A stretch of 63,604 bases of DNA, counting the filler, from Octopus bimaculoides (lineage: Eukaryota): the NCBI RefSeq assembly GCF_001194135.2. It is 5 parts of 5 records of this genome, joined end to end, with 100 filler letters (N's around TTAATTAATTAA, not from the genome) between each part and the next. Parts side by side here need not be neighbours in the genome. Positions count along the whole stretch, not along the records: positions 14,404 to 41,272 come from NC_068982.1; 4 more parts are not named here. One strand, written 5' to 3'. The notes under the pieces were generated by a model. That model ran no database searches. It was not told where the DNA came from and saw only the letters and a list, made by a program, of their open reading frames with translations. This document shows positions 26,401 through 38,656 of the stretch, piece by piece. The translations under genes were made by a program, and so were the position numbers. The stretch's first letter is position 1; each line of letters begins with the position of its first letter.

Positions 26401-26441
26401 GAGAAAAAAATATCAATTTAGAAATTGTACATGTCTTAAAA

Positions 26442-26740
26442 CTCTGCATTGAGAAGTCACAGCTCCAGTGCTACAGACATGTGGTTACAACGCTACAGGA
26501 ATGAATTACAAGCCAGGTTCAAGTTGAGGCAATCACCATGAGACCTAGGGTTAGACTATGAGCAAGATGGTTGGATGGTTGGATGGTTGGATCCATAGTA
26601 TTAGTCGGTCATGCTTGGGGATCCAACAGGAAAATTTAACGATTGTTTCTGATATGACTCTATGAAGGAGATGCCCGAGGAATCTGTCCCCATGACCCTC
26701 CCAGGAATAAAGATGAAGAAAATGGATGGGGGGACAGTTA
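26442..26740 (+). mobile_element. RTE (Rex3/Expander-like) LINE 3' remnant
   Basis: LCIEKSQLQCYRHV...MRPRVRL*ARWLD...LGIQQENL resembles the Rex3 C-terminus (IERSQLRWLGH...RRPRGRPRTRW). GATGG-type tail. Confidence 0.75.
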
Positions 26741-27134
26741 AAATATCACAATAAAAGGACAGCCTTGCATGAGTTAAGGGAGGAGCTTGAATATGTTGTG
26801 GTTGGTTGAACTGTTACAAATGGAAAGAGTGTCTCCCTCAAATCACAGCCTGTCCTACTGAGAAATGAAAGAATATATTGGACAATGTCATCCAGCAACA
26901 ACAACCAAAATGACAGGATGACCTTTTCACCATAGGTCAGTTCAATTAGGATTGACCTGGCATATACAACAATGGCATCAACAACAGAATTATAGTAATT
27001 AAATGGTTTGACAACCTACAGAATAAAAAAGAGACAACAATAGATTTATTCAGTTCAACAGACTTGAACTTTTTACATGTAGAATACTATAACTTTTCTT
27101 AAAACTTTCAGAATTATGTAAGAAATTCAACAAT

Positions 27135-27400
27135 GCAAATTTTACCTTCATGGGTGGGTTGAGGTCTCAGGTACAACCACCAACTGTGGTCTCATGCTGC
27201 AAGAAAACTCTTTGCCACGTTTCTATTCACTCTGTGCTTGATATCATCCCTTCATCTTCATCTTTATCACCCTCAAATTCATTTTCCATCCACCTGACCC
27301 CTATGGATGCCAGCAAAAAGATTCTGGGCCCTGCTAATGTAGCCAAAATTTTTGCAGATTTTCTGTTTGATCATCATCGTCAGCTTCCTATTGACTTCGA
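27135..27400 (-). mobile_element. Possible decayed L1/Tx1 ORF1 (zinc-knuckle region)
   Basis: KNFGYISRAQNLFAGIHRGQVDGK* followed by a frameshifted F-S-C...H...C-P-like segment. Weak resemblance only. Confidence 0.3.
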
Positions 27401-28659
27401 ACTCTTCTAAGACTGAAGAATTTGCTCTTTGAGTGCTTGTGTGTAGCACATAATATTGAAAGGCCCCGGTTTCTTAATATTAGCCTTGCTTTGGGTTTAT
27501 ACTTCATACTCATACATGACATAGAGCTATACAGAAACAATTAGCATGTGCTCTCTTGTAACATGAAAAACCGTCATTAGGAGAAGCTTAGAAAGAATGT
27601 AATAAAAAGGTTAGTAAAAGGAACATTTCTAACTTAGAAAAGGAACTAACATAAGTACGCCAACATTTAAAACATCATGATAGATGTAATTTCTATTAAG
27701 TGCTAATCTTATGGAAAGCTAACCAAATACTTAAAAGAAATCTTAACCGTATACCTAGGATCATAAATATTTTAGCCAGTAATATTTATTAGCAGGAGAC
27801 TATTCAATATGTCTTTAGGCAAAAATATGTATATTTATACTACTTGTTATTATAGTGATATGTTGTGAAAACGAAACCTTTGCAATAACAGAAAACGGAA
27901 AAGAAAAATTATTTGGTTTGATCTACCCTTGCCTATAAAATTATGGAAACCTTTGCTCTCCCAATAGCTGAAATCTATATAAACTAGCTACACACAGGAG
28001 AGCAAATCAGATAACCCACCATCACCACCTCATTAATATAGCTGTAGCTACACAATACCCTATCAATTCTTTGACAAATGTCTCATGAAATACTACTCTA
28101 GCAAGCCAATAATTAGGTGAACCAATGAAGAAGCCTTTTTCATGGTCGTTTGTCCTCTTAGAAATCATAGGGCAATATCAGTTTTAAATCATAGCATATC
28201 GTTTAAAAAGGCACATAGGAAAATACAGACATAAATATAACAAAAAGACAGAATTGCAATGGATGGAACACTTTAGATAATCCAGGGCTTACTTGATGTA
28301 AACAATATTAACAATAAACTCTACTGAAATTGTATCAAAATGTATGGTGTTAGGCCCACAGGAAACATGTTTAAGAGCAAAATACACAGCTTCTTCAAAA
28401 GTAAATATATTTTACTTCCCTGGTCTTAGTGATATATCGATAGTTTAAAAGAAGGAAAAATAACTGTTATTAAGAGTGCAACACTTTTATTGTCGAAGGT
28501 GGTGCTCCAGCACGGCCGCAGTCAAATGACTGAAACAAGTAAAAGAATAAAAGAATAAAAGAATGAATTGCAAAGACCCTGTTCCATGGCTGAGAAGCAC
28601 ACTGGTCAGATGCAACCCTTTAAAAGAATCATAAAGGACAAGAATTAGTGTCTATCCAT

Positions 28660-28915
28660 CTCTCCATCCACCTTCTCTGCTCACAGTTCCTGGGAGAGTT
28701 TGGGGATTAGAGTCCTCAGGTACCTCCTTCATATGGTCCTATTAGAAGTGACCACTGTTAGGCTTTCTGGCTGGAGGGCCAAGTGTGACCAACTGCGATT
28801 TCGGATATTATCCCACAATTTCATTCTTGACCCACTCCTAGATCTCCTGTTAGTTAGCTCAGCTTGAAGAATCTGTCTTGTGATTATTTCCTGTGACAGT
28901 CTAAAGTATTCATTA
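28660..28915 (-). mobile_element. RTE (Rex3-like) LINE 3' remnant
   Basis: ITRQILQAELTNRRSRSGSRMKLWDNIRNRSWSHLALQPESLTVV (ORF 28729..29004); same family as 26442. Confidence 0.7.
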
Positions 28916-30009
28916 CCATCATCATCCTCATCATTGTCTAATGTCCATCTTCCATGCATGCATAGGTAGGACGGTTGACAGGAGCCAGCCAGGTAGAAAA
29001 ACAACCCTAGGCTACTGTGTCTGTTTTGGCAGGGTCTTTATAGCTTGATGACCTTAACACCAACCACTCTCAGTGTTTTTTACGTGGCCCCAACACAGGC
29101 AAGGTTAGTTTTGGCATGATTTTTACAGCTGGATGCCCTTCCAAATGCCAACCACTTTAGAGTGTGGACTCTTTTACTCTTTTACTCACTTCAATCATTT
29201 GAATGCGGGTATGCTGGAGCACTGCCTTTAGTCAAACAAATCGACCCCAGGACTTTTTTCTCTTTTGCCAAACCACTAAGTCACAGGAACATAAACACAC
29301 CAACATTGGTTGTCAAGCGATGTTGTGGGGAAAAACACAGACATATACACACACAGATATACATACATACATACATACATATATATATACCGCTTAATAA
29401 TCTGAATGGAGGCAATGCAAGCGGAAACTAGAGGAACATAATTAATAACCACACTCAAAATCAAATATAAACATATATTCTTCTATATTTATAAAACGGA
29501 TATAAAAATTCCAAATATATAAACATAAAAATACATATAAATAGATAAATATCGATGTGATACATAAAACACAGTGAATTTTAGATTTAAAAGTTATAAT
29601 ACATTGGTGTAATAAAAATTTGAGATGATAAAATATTAAAAGGACGTACTAAAATATCATGAAAATAATACAAAAATTTAAAGAATTACATCTATGGGCT
29701 GTTTCAGAGACGTGCCAAGTAATATGATATATTTCATATTCTTAAAACTGACACTCCCCTCACCAGGATGTTTTCACACAGGCTTCTTTCAGTTTCTGTC
29801 TACTAAATCCACTCATAAGGCTTTGGTCGGCCCAAAGCTATAGTAAAACACACTTGCCCAAGGTGCCTTGCAGTGGGACTAAACCCAGAACCATGTGGTT
29901 GGTAAGAAAGCTACTTACCACACAGCCACTCCTGCACAAAAATATAAATTTTCTAGTCTCAGAGACATTCAAATTCACTGCTACTATATTTTCTTCAGCA
30001 ACATGAGAA

Positions 30010-30245
30010 TATTTCTTATTTCTTTATTGCCCAAAAGGGGATAAACATAGAGGGGATAAACAAGGACAGACAAAGGGATTAAGTCGATTATATCGACTCC
30101 AGTGCATAACTGGTACTTAATTTATTGACCCCGAAAGGATGAAAGGCATAGTTGACCTTGGCGGAATTTGAACTCAGAATATAGAGGCAGACGAAATACC
30201 GTTAAGCATTTCGCCTGGCGTGCTAACGTTTCTGCCAAGTTGCTG
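30010..30245 (-). mobile_element. SINE family C, tail variant 1
   Basis: Near-consensus reverse complement ending ...CCCTTTGTCTGTCCTTGTTTATCCCCTCTATGTTTATCCCCTTTTGGGCAATAAAGAAT. Confidence 0.9.
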
Positions 30246-33200
30246 CACAGGGCAAGGAAACGACCAGTGACACTAATACAAAAAAGTATACAGCTTCTCT
30301 GACTGTTTAAACATCAAAAATCACAACAGTCTAAAGGAGCAAAAGAATTTATATGTCATAAACACTATCAATTCTATCACAGATCTGTAAATATCTAATT
30401 AAATTATACAAACATAAAAGTCTCACTACGGTCATAACAGTCATTTTGAAAAACACGAAAGCAACTAAGATGGACAATCAGAATAAAAGGGAGGTAAACT
30501 TTTACTTTGACTGAAAGCATGGCTGTCTGGTAAGACATTTGCTTCTCAACCACATGGATCTGAGTTCAAATCCCGCTGTATAGCACCTTGGACAAGTGCC
30601 TGTAACTATAGTCTCAGGATGACTAAAGCCTTGTGAAGGGATGTGGTAGACAGAAACTGAAAGAAATTTGGTGTATATATGTGTATGTATATATTTTATT
30701 TTTTCTCTCTGCTTATTTCTGTGTTCCTCAAAAAGTAAAAGACTTTCTCACTTCCCGAGCGTTAAACTAATACATCTCTTTGTTGTTTACACACCTGTCT
30801 TTGTCTTTTGTTTTTTTTGTAAATTCTCACTATATATATATATAAATTGGAAATGTAAAAATAAAAACAAAACACAAAGGATTCTGTGGTACACGTGTTT
30901 CAAGCTTTATAGCTGTTGCATCATTATTGGTATATAATTGATAGTATAAAGCTATCTTCAGCCGCAAATATATTCTTTCCCAAGAATTATATCACAAAGA
31001 AGAAATTAAAAGAGGGAGAAACATGAGAGATAAAAGGTGAGATTCCACTTGGTATTTTCCATTGTAATATACCTCGTAGAATCTTTAATTTGATATATTT
31101 ACATAAAAGTTCATCGGTACTCCGCAATCTATCCATATTGTGTCACAATTCAGTGCAGAGTTTTATTCTTTCNNNNNNNNNNNNNNNNNNNNNNNNNNNN
31201 NNNNNNNNNNNNNNNNNNNNNNNNNNNNNNNNNNNNNNNNNNNNNNNNNNNNNNNNNNNNNNNNNNNNNNNNNNNNNNNNNNNNNNNNNNNNNNNNNNNN
31301 NNNNNNNNNNNNNNNNNNNNNNNNNNNNNNNNNNNNNNNNNNNNNNNNNNNNNNNNNNNNNNNNNNNNNNNNNNNNNNNNNNNNNNNNNNNNNNNNNNNN
31401 NNNNNNNNNNNNNNNNNNNNNNNNNNNNNNNNNNNNNNNNNNNNNNNNNNNNNNNNNNNNNNNNNNNNNNNNNNNNNNNNNNNNNNNNNNNNNNNNNNNN
31501 NNNNNNNNNNNNNNNNNNNNNNNNNNNNNNNNNNNNNNNNNNNNNNNNNNNNNNNNNNNNNNNNNNNNNNNNNNNNNNNNNNNNNNNNNNNNNNNNNNNN
31601 NNNNNNNNNNNNNNNNNNNNNNNNNNNNNNNNNNNNNNNNNNNNNNNNNNNNNNNNNNNNNNNNNNNNNNNNNNNNNNNNNNNNNNNNNNNNNNNNNNNN
31701 NNNNNNNNNNNNNNNNNNNNNNNNNNNNNNNNNNNNNNNNNNNNNNNNNNNNNNNNNNNNNNNNNNNNNNNNNNNNNNNNNNNNNNNNNNNNNNNNNNNN
31801 NNNNNNNNNNNNNNNNNNNNNNNNNNNNNNNNNNNNNNNNNNNNNNNNNNNNNNNNNNNNNNNNNNNNNNNNNNNNNNNNNNNNNNNNNNNNNNNNNNNN
31901 NNNNNNNNNNNNNNNNNNNNNNNNNNNNNNNNNNNNNNNNNNNNNNNNNNNNNNNNNNNNNNNNNNNNNNNNNNNNNNNNNNNNNNNNNNNNNNNNNNNN
32001 NNNNNNNNNNNNNNNNNNNNNNNNNNNNNNNNNNNNNNNNNNNNNNNNNNNNNNNNNNNNNNNNNNNNNNNNNNNNNNNNNNNNNNNNNNNNNNNNNNNN
32101 NNNNNNNNNNNNNNNNNNNNNNNATATATGTATGTATGTATGTACATGTAGGACTTCTGCATTGTTTCTGTCTACCAATTTACTCACAAAGCCACCAGCC
32201 GGATATTGAAATTTTTCATTTATTTCCATCTGTAGATGTTGATTGTTCTTTCATGTTATTATTAAACTTGAATGCTAATACTTCCAAACCTAATTTCAAA
32301 GTGATAGTTCATTAAGTAACTAATTATCGTTATAGTGATTCAAAGTGGACAAAGACAGTTCCGTACTTAAATGCTTAACAATGATGAAATATCGGATAAA
32401 TTAGCTTTGAAATCGTGAAAAACAATCTAAAGCTCTCACACACACACACAAGTAAAGACACCCAGACACATAAAGACAAACACACACACACATCAAAACA
32501 CATATATACATAATATATATATAATTTAATATGAATTGTTCGGATTTAAAATATGAGGAAATTTTTGATTAATTTGATTAATTGAATAATTTGGCATTTT
32601 GCATATGTTATTAAATTGATTGCTTCTAGATGATAAATTTAATACAGTAACATCTGTCAAACTGATTCCTTTAGGAAAAGAAAACGTATTGTTGAGTTCT
32701 GAAATTATAGTTTAGCAACAGAAAGGAAATAAAAGTGATTTATTAAAACAAAAACTACTTTGATAGTTTTTCTTAAAGATGGAACAAAAAAGAAAAGACA
32801 ATTCCAAGTGAAAATCTAACCAAATATTAACAACAAAGATATACTAAAACTTAAACTTGGTATAAGATGCAACATTCAAATATGTAATTAATGGCATTTG
32901 AAATTTCTTAATTAGTTTCATATAGTTTGTCAAAAGAATTTTTTAAGTGAAAGACTCGTTAAGAAGCCTGCTTTGTGACTAAATGGTTTCAAATTTATTA
33001 CCATTGTGCAATGGACTTGGCAAAGAAACTCTACAGGAGTATTCTGCATACTGGATTCACATATTACAGGGTCTCACATATGCAATATAGTGGATAAAAA
33101 TAACTTTCAGCAACTGAGATTATCCAAGCAGCTGGAAAGCAAATCTCCCCCTAATAGTATTTAACCTCTTAGCATTTAAAACGGTCATATCTGGCCCAAA

Positions 33201-33247
33201 TATTCAACCTATTTTATGTTGGGACTGGCCACATCTACCCTATAATG

Positions 33248-33570
33248 CAGGGGTCAGGGAACTTTTTTAATCAATTACTCCAAAATATATTTATTTACAC
33301 CGAAGTTACCCATCTGATTTGAAAGGAAGAAAATCGTAGATTCTTTGAATTCAAAAGGTTTATTGAATCTATTTTATTGAATCTATTTATCTGAATCTAT
33401 TTGCACATCCATTACATTGAACAGAAGCAGTTTTGACAGAAAAAAGAATTCTGTCACAACAAAAAACACGTTTTTTATGTAATTTTACTTATGTCTAATG
33501 AGTCCTCATTAACCCAAGAATTTAATTTTTACTCCACTTGGGGTAATTTACTCTGGTTCACCTACCTTTG
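33248..33570. mobile_element. hAT-type MITE with 8-bp TSD
   Basis: TSD CTATAATG at 33240-33247 and 33571-33578; imperfect TIRs CAGGGGTCAGGGAAC / GTTCACCTACCTTTG. Confidence 0.8.
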
Positions 33571-33593
33571 CTATAATGTCATTCTAAAACTAA

Positions 33594-33972
33594 ACAAGAG
33601 CACTCAGAGAGCACAAACCTCCGCCAAGGCAACACCAATGTCCTTTCAATGATTAGCCAGAGATGATTTTTAAAATGAGAATATCTGAAATAAACTCAAC
33701 TGCTCTCATATATAAGAATACTAAAAATGGACCTAACTGCTCTCAAAAATGAAGTAAAAAAACAGGGAAAATGATCCAGAATCCTTGTCCAGTACCTGAT
33801 CGATCCCAGATCTAATCAGCTCATTCCAGTCACAAGGAAGGCCAAACATTCCTGAAAGTTTCATCTGAATCCATCCAGCAGTTCTTGAGATATTCTGTCC
33901 ATGGACAAACTAACTAACAAACAAACAAACATGACTGAAAACAATACCCCCGTTTCGCTAAGGTGGAGGTAA
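33594..33972 (-). mobile_element. Non-autonomous Helentron-type (DINE-1/HINE-like) element
   Basis: On the minus strand: 5' TTATTACCTCC..CTT...GGGGGTA palindrome, (GTTT)n tract, ATCTCAAGAAC.GCTGGATGGATTCAGATGAAACTTTC block, subterminal GGCGGAGGT, 3' stem-loop GCTCTCTGAGTGC, T-rich end. Confidence 0.7.
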
Positions 33973-34241
33973 TAAACACATCATTGAAATCTCAACACAA
34001 AAAGAAAATGCATGATTAATTCAAAACAATAAAAGATAAATAAATGTTGCATTTGACAGAATAATCTGGACACCAAAAACAAGAGATAATCGGCAACAAC
34101 CAACAAAATAAGCTTATTGAAAAGTTTGGACAATATTGAAAACTGTGTTTGGACTGGATTTGATTTCTAAATCCAACTGGTAATGCCAACAGTTGTACTT
34201 TGGTCATATTAGATTCCATCAATAAAGCATATTCCTCTCAG

Positions 34242-34307
34242 TTGAGAAAACTAAGAATGATCAATACATCAATCGGAATAAAGAGAATATAGTGAGGATG
34301 GTTACAG
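34242..34307 (+). CDS. Candidate 66-nt symmetric exon (unverified)
   Basis: TTCCTCTCAG|...ACAG|GTATTT. One open frame (phase 1-1): EKTKNDQYINRNKENIVRMVT. Confidence 0.18.
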
Positions 34308-34384
34308 GTATTTGTCTTTGTCTTTTCCATTAAATTAAAAAAACAAAGCAACTTTTCATAGTCCTAGTTGATGAATGATGTTAC

Positions 34385-34690
34385 TTCTGGTCATTCAAAG
34401 AGCATCAGGCAATGAGAGTTCTCCAAGTGGAGCCATTCTATGCCAGACTGCATCCTTCTTCCCAGGTGATATCAATCTTGTTCAAGTCTTCCTGCGCTGT
34501 CCTTTCTCATGTCTTCGCTGCCCTGCCTTTCCTTCTCCTTCCTTCTTCAACTGTCCACTCAATGGCTGTCCATGTCAGTCTCTCTCACAGAAAGTGCAAT
34601 ACACGGCCAAGCAGCTTCCTTCATCTAGATGTGATGATGTCTTCCTTGGGCTAACGTAAAATGTTTTTGCGATGCATATTGACCTGATCC
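34385..34690 (-). mobile_element. RTE-clade LINE 3' remnant
   Basis: IITSR*RKLLGRVLH...TAIEWTVEEGRRRKGRAAKT*ERTAQEDL...TWEE...TWRTLIA resembles the RTE C-terminal W..GH.LR...KRKRGRP..TW motif. Confidence 0.75.
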
Positions 34691-35253
34691 CACCAACGGT
34701 AAGGCAATGGAGGCTTTTGAGCTTAATTTTAATTCTCAATAAATATCAGAGCTTATAAAATATATAGATGTTGTATGCATAGCAAAGCGTAATATAGAAT
34801 GTTATCATCAAAGAACGCATTATTAAAGAAAGACAGTGATATTTTAGAAATAATACATCATGTGAAAAATAAAAATGAGATTTTTTTAAAAGATATATTC
34901 TTAGGCACCTACTGGATTAATTTAATAAATAAACACTGAACAAAAAGAAAAATATATACAAGGAGCAAATAAAAGTATTTTATGTTCATGTAATACAAAT
35001 ATTTGCATTATCTTTTAGAGATTCTGTGATGTAGAAAATGCTTCAATGTATTGTATAGGAATGTTTCCATAAATACCTTATTCTTTTATTTTTGCTGCAG
35101 TGGATTAACATTCTAAAACCCACACAGTTCTTTTCTATTGTTAGAGTGGTAGAAGGAAATCAATAGATAAAAACTGTTGCTAAGTGTCAAACAAAAGATG
35201 AAAGTTCTTCAATAAACAAGTTATCTTGGTAGCTGGCTGATTTGGTAATTTAC

Positions 35254-35329
35254 CTGCATTGGCACTGGAACTACAGATATTCAACTGCTGAAAAAACACT
35301 GAGAATGCTGTAAGAATGATACAAGTTCT
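35254..35329 (-). CDS. Candidate 76-nt exon (unverified)
   Basis: Strong signals TGACATTTTACTTATTTCCAG| and CAG|GTAAAT. Only the phase-0 frame is open: RTCIILTAFSVFFQQLNICSSSANA. Confidence 0.22.
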
Positions 35330-36009
35330 CTGGAAATAAGTAAAATGTCAGATTATTTCCTATTTTCATAGAAATTTCAATACAGAAGAAAATAATTCAA
35401 TGACATTTGTTACCTAAGACAGTTTATTCTTTTTCTATTAACCTTTCTTTCGTGGTCATATATATGACCATGAAATATATATTTAGATATAGATATAGAT
35501 ATCTATATATATATTGGTTGGTTTTCTCCAACTAGTTGAAATAAAATATATATTATCTCATCTTCATGCTTACACAAAGAAACTACAATAAAACCTTTCC
35601 CAAGCAAATTGAACAACCACCAGAGGTCTTGCTTTCTTGGTCAAAGTAAAATTGTTTTCAGGCACAGATCAGCACTGATTAAACAGACATACAATAAAAG
35701 GTATTGCAGATAGGACCATCCTGTCTTTTTATACATCAGGAACTACATTATTCAGCAGTAACTTCTACTGATTAACTGATTTCAACAATTACTGTGCATA
35801 ATTTTTTTTCTCCATCCAAGATCATGATGTCTGGTCTGTTATGCATGCATTTCATTGTAGTCTTGGTATGAACGTTTCACTAGTTTTCTCATGTGTTATG
35901 AGTGATTATGCTCTCCTTGTCATTGTAGTTTCTTACATTTATATTCTCAGAATTATCCTTTCTATGGATTACATTATGTTATGTTCAAGCAACAATATCA
36001 TATATCATA

Positions 36010-36530
36010 GGAAGAAGGAGGATATTTATTTGGAACAGACAAGAAATATACATCAAGGAATGAATGCTGAAATCGTGTGCAAAGTAAGAGCAGGGTGGAA
36101 GGCATTTGCATTGATTAAAAATACATTCAAAGCACAGTTGGCCAAGATACTACTTACCAATTTCTTCATTAGAGCTGTCCTACCTGCATTTTTGAAAACG
36201 AGTGAGATGTGGGCAACCAGAAAGAAGAACATCAACTAACTATGATACAGAAGGCTATGGAAAAAATTGTGTTAAGAATATCGCTCCAAGAAAATATTCA
36301 AAAAGAGGAAATTTGAGAATGAAGTGGAGCAAATAAAGTGATTGCAGAATACCAAAATCACAAATTCTGCTGGGTTGGAGATCATGTAAGGCTCACAGAC
36401 AACAGGTGGACCCGTGGAATTGTTGAGTGGTATCTGAGAGATCAAAAGAAATCACCTGGATGACTTGAAGGATTACTGGAAGGTGACATGGTTGAAAAAT
36501 CCAAGATGAGAAGGATGGAAGGAAAGAATG
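36010..36530 (+). mobile_element. RTE-1-like LINE C-terminal remnant
   Basis: IYLEQ...EIVCKVRAGWKAF...VLPAFLKTSEMWA...QKAME...DNRWT.GIVEWY.RD matches the RTE-1 post-RT motif series. Confidence 0.8.
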
Positions 36531-36589
36531 GGAGCATGTATTAAGTAGTTATGTAAAAGGAGATTTGATTGTCTGGCAAATAAAGTGAT

Positions 36590-36616
36590 ATATATATATG
36601 TATATATCTATATCTA

Positions 36617-36711
<95 letters not shown>

Positions 36712-36820
36712 CTATCTATCTATCAGTCTATCTATCAATCAATAAATCAATCAATCAATCAATCTATCTATCTATCTATCTATCTATCCATCTATCTATC
36801 TATCTATCTATCTATATACA
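36590..36820. repeat. (TATC)n/(TA)n/(AATC)n microsatellite
   Basis: Source of the YLSI-repeat ORFs. Confidence 0.95.
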
Positions 36821-37899
36821 AATATTAGGGATAAAAATCCAAATTTACAGTTCAGGAACTGTGGTTCTTTTCTTTAAATTATATATATGAGCCTAGTGTT
36901 GCCATCCGGTTTCACCAGTCCTCAGTTAAATCGTCCAACCCATGCTAGCATGGAAAGCGGACGTTAAACGATGATGATGATGATGATGATGATATACATA
37001 CACACACACATACACACAAACAAACAATGCTATGTGCATAAAGAGTTAGAAAATAAAAACAAAATTAATATTTCAACATCTTTAATAGCAAGCAACAGAA
37101 CCTAGTGCATCTTTGAACAATGTTCAACAAACTATCTCTGGCAAGGCAAGAGAAATTTAAAGGAAACTTATTGACATTTCAGACAAATTCCAAGCAACCT
37201 TTCTGACTATGTCTTTTGGTTCAAATGTTTATTAATTGTCTGTTGGAATGTCAGCTTACAATTGGCTTCTCTACTGCATATATAATCAATCTGTCTCCCT
37301 GTCTTTTTCCTGTATTTCTTACATCTTTGCTTATTATTTCCTTATTCTTTCTACCTTCACTCACATTCCTTCTCTATTTTGTCAATCCCCTTAGCTGTCC
37401 CCACTTCCTCTTTATCAATCTTTACCTTCTTGTCTGTATATTCTTTGATCTTATTCATTTTTTTCTTTCATTTTGAATTTCCCTTTCCTCATTTGTCCCC
37501 TCTTTATGCATAACTTCTTCCCCACATACTCACACACACTCTCTCTCTCTCTCTCTTATTATTTTTCCAATTGTATATATTAAAACTGTATCACTGTCTT
37601 ATTTAGAATAATGATATATAGACATTTCTCACATAACATGCACCATCCATTTATAATAATGCCTGTTCATGCTATATCGAAATTGTCTCTTATGCATACT
37701 TTGATGAATGACTCAAATATTTCAGTCATTTATTTTCTGTTATGCAGTTGTTGTTGTTCTTGTTGTTGTCATCACCATCGTTGTTGTTGTAGTTGTATGC
37801 ATGCATTTAATCTATCACACACATTCACATCCACACTGAAAGCATTTATCTCTTTCAGTTACTGCATGTCCTTTATTTTCTCTGAAACTGCTATCTCAC

Positions 37900-37958
37900 A
37901 GCCACATGGCACCCTGCTGATAACACTTTCTATATGTTATGCAATATTCTTTTATAAG
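37900..37958 (-). CDS. Candidate 59-nt coding exon (unverified)
   Basis: GTGTATTCTTTCAG|...GCT|GTGAGA. One open frame (phase 0 to 2): LIKEYCITYRKCYQQGAMW. Confidence 0.28.
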
Positions 37959-38597
37959 CTGAAAGAATACACTTTCTTTTCTAGACATTGGTGACATTTC
38001 TTTCAATTTCTTGCACACATTTTCCAATCAAAAATCTCTCTAATCATTAACAGCATCTCCAGTCGTAATTTAATTAATCATTTCATCAACTACAAAGGTT
38101 GCTGTTGTTGTTGTTTTTAACTCAAGATCAGCCTTGATTGAGTAAACAAACCTATTATCAAGCACACTCCAGCCATGACTGTTACATGTTATTTTCATAC
38201 ATTGTGTGTCTATGACCCTGTAACCCAATATCTCAATCGTTTTTTTTTTGTCATTTTTATGAACATAAAAGCGATTTGAAGGGGATTTGGTTGCTATTTG
38301 CAGTAGATCAAATGACTGTGTGACGTAGAGTTCTTTAATGTTACATAAATTCATTTGTTTTACATACATTTTCCTATGCTAGCATAGGTTAGATGGATAC
38401 ATATTACTGAGTCATTGTTTTATAGTTGGATGCAGTTTCTTGTCATGAAAACTTGTTTTTCAAGGGATTTTTTACTCTTTGAAAGCACAGAGCTAGAGAA
38501 CAATTTGTAGAAAGATAATGCCAACAATTGTCACCACTTGTAGTACAGCGCTTTCCCCATAAAATATAGAATGTAAACATCAACACAAACATACAGG

Positions 38598-38656
<59 letters not shown>

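Larger units (their letters stand above)
33161..34070. mobile_element. TTAA-flanked (piggyBac-like) MITE split by two later insertions
   Basis: Pieces 33161-33247, 33571-33593 and 33973-34070 join into the MITE seen at ~39906-40115 and 40732-40960. Confidence 0.85.

Noticed and set aside
35448-35475. 28-bp palindrome TTTCGTGGTCATATATATGACCATGAAA as a binding site
   Set aside because: Centred on a TA run and most simply a small fold-back; kept only as a minor example in the palindrome finding.
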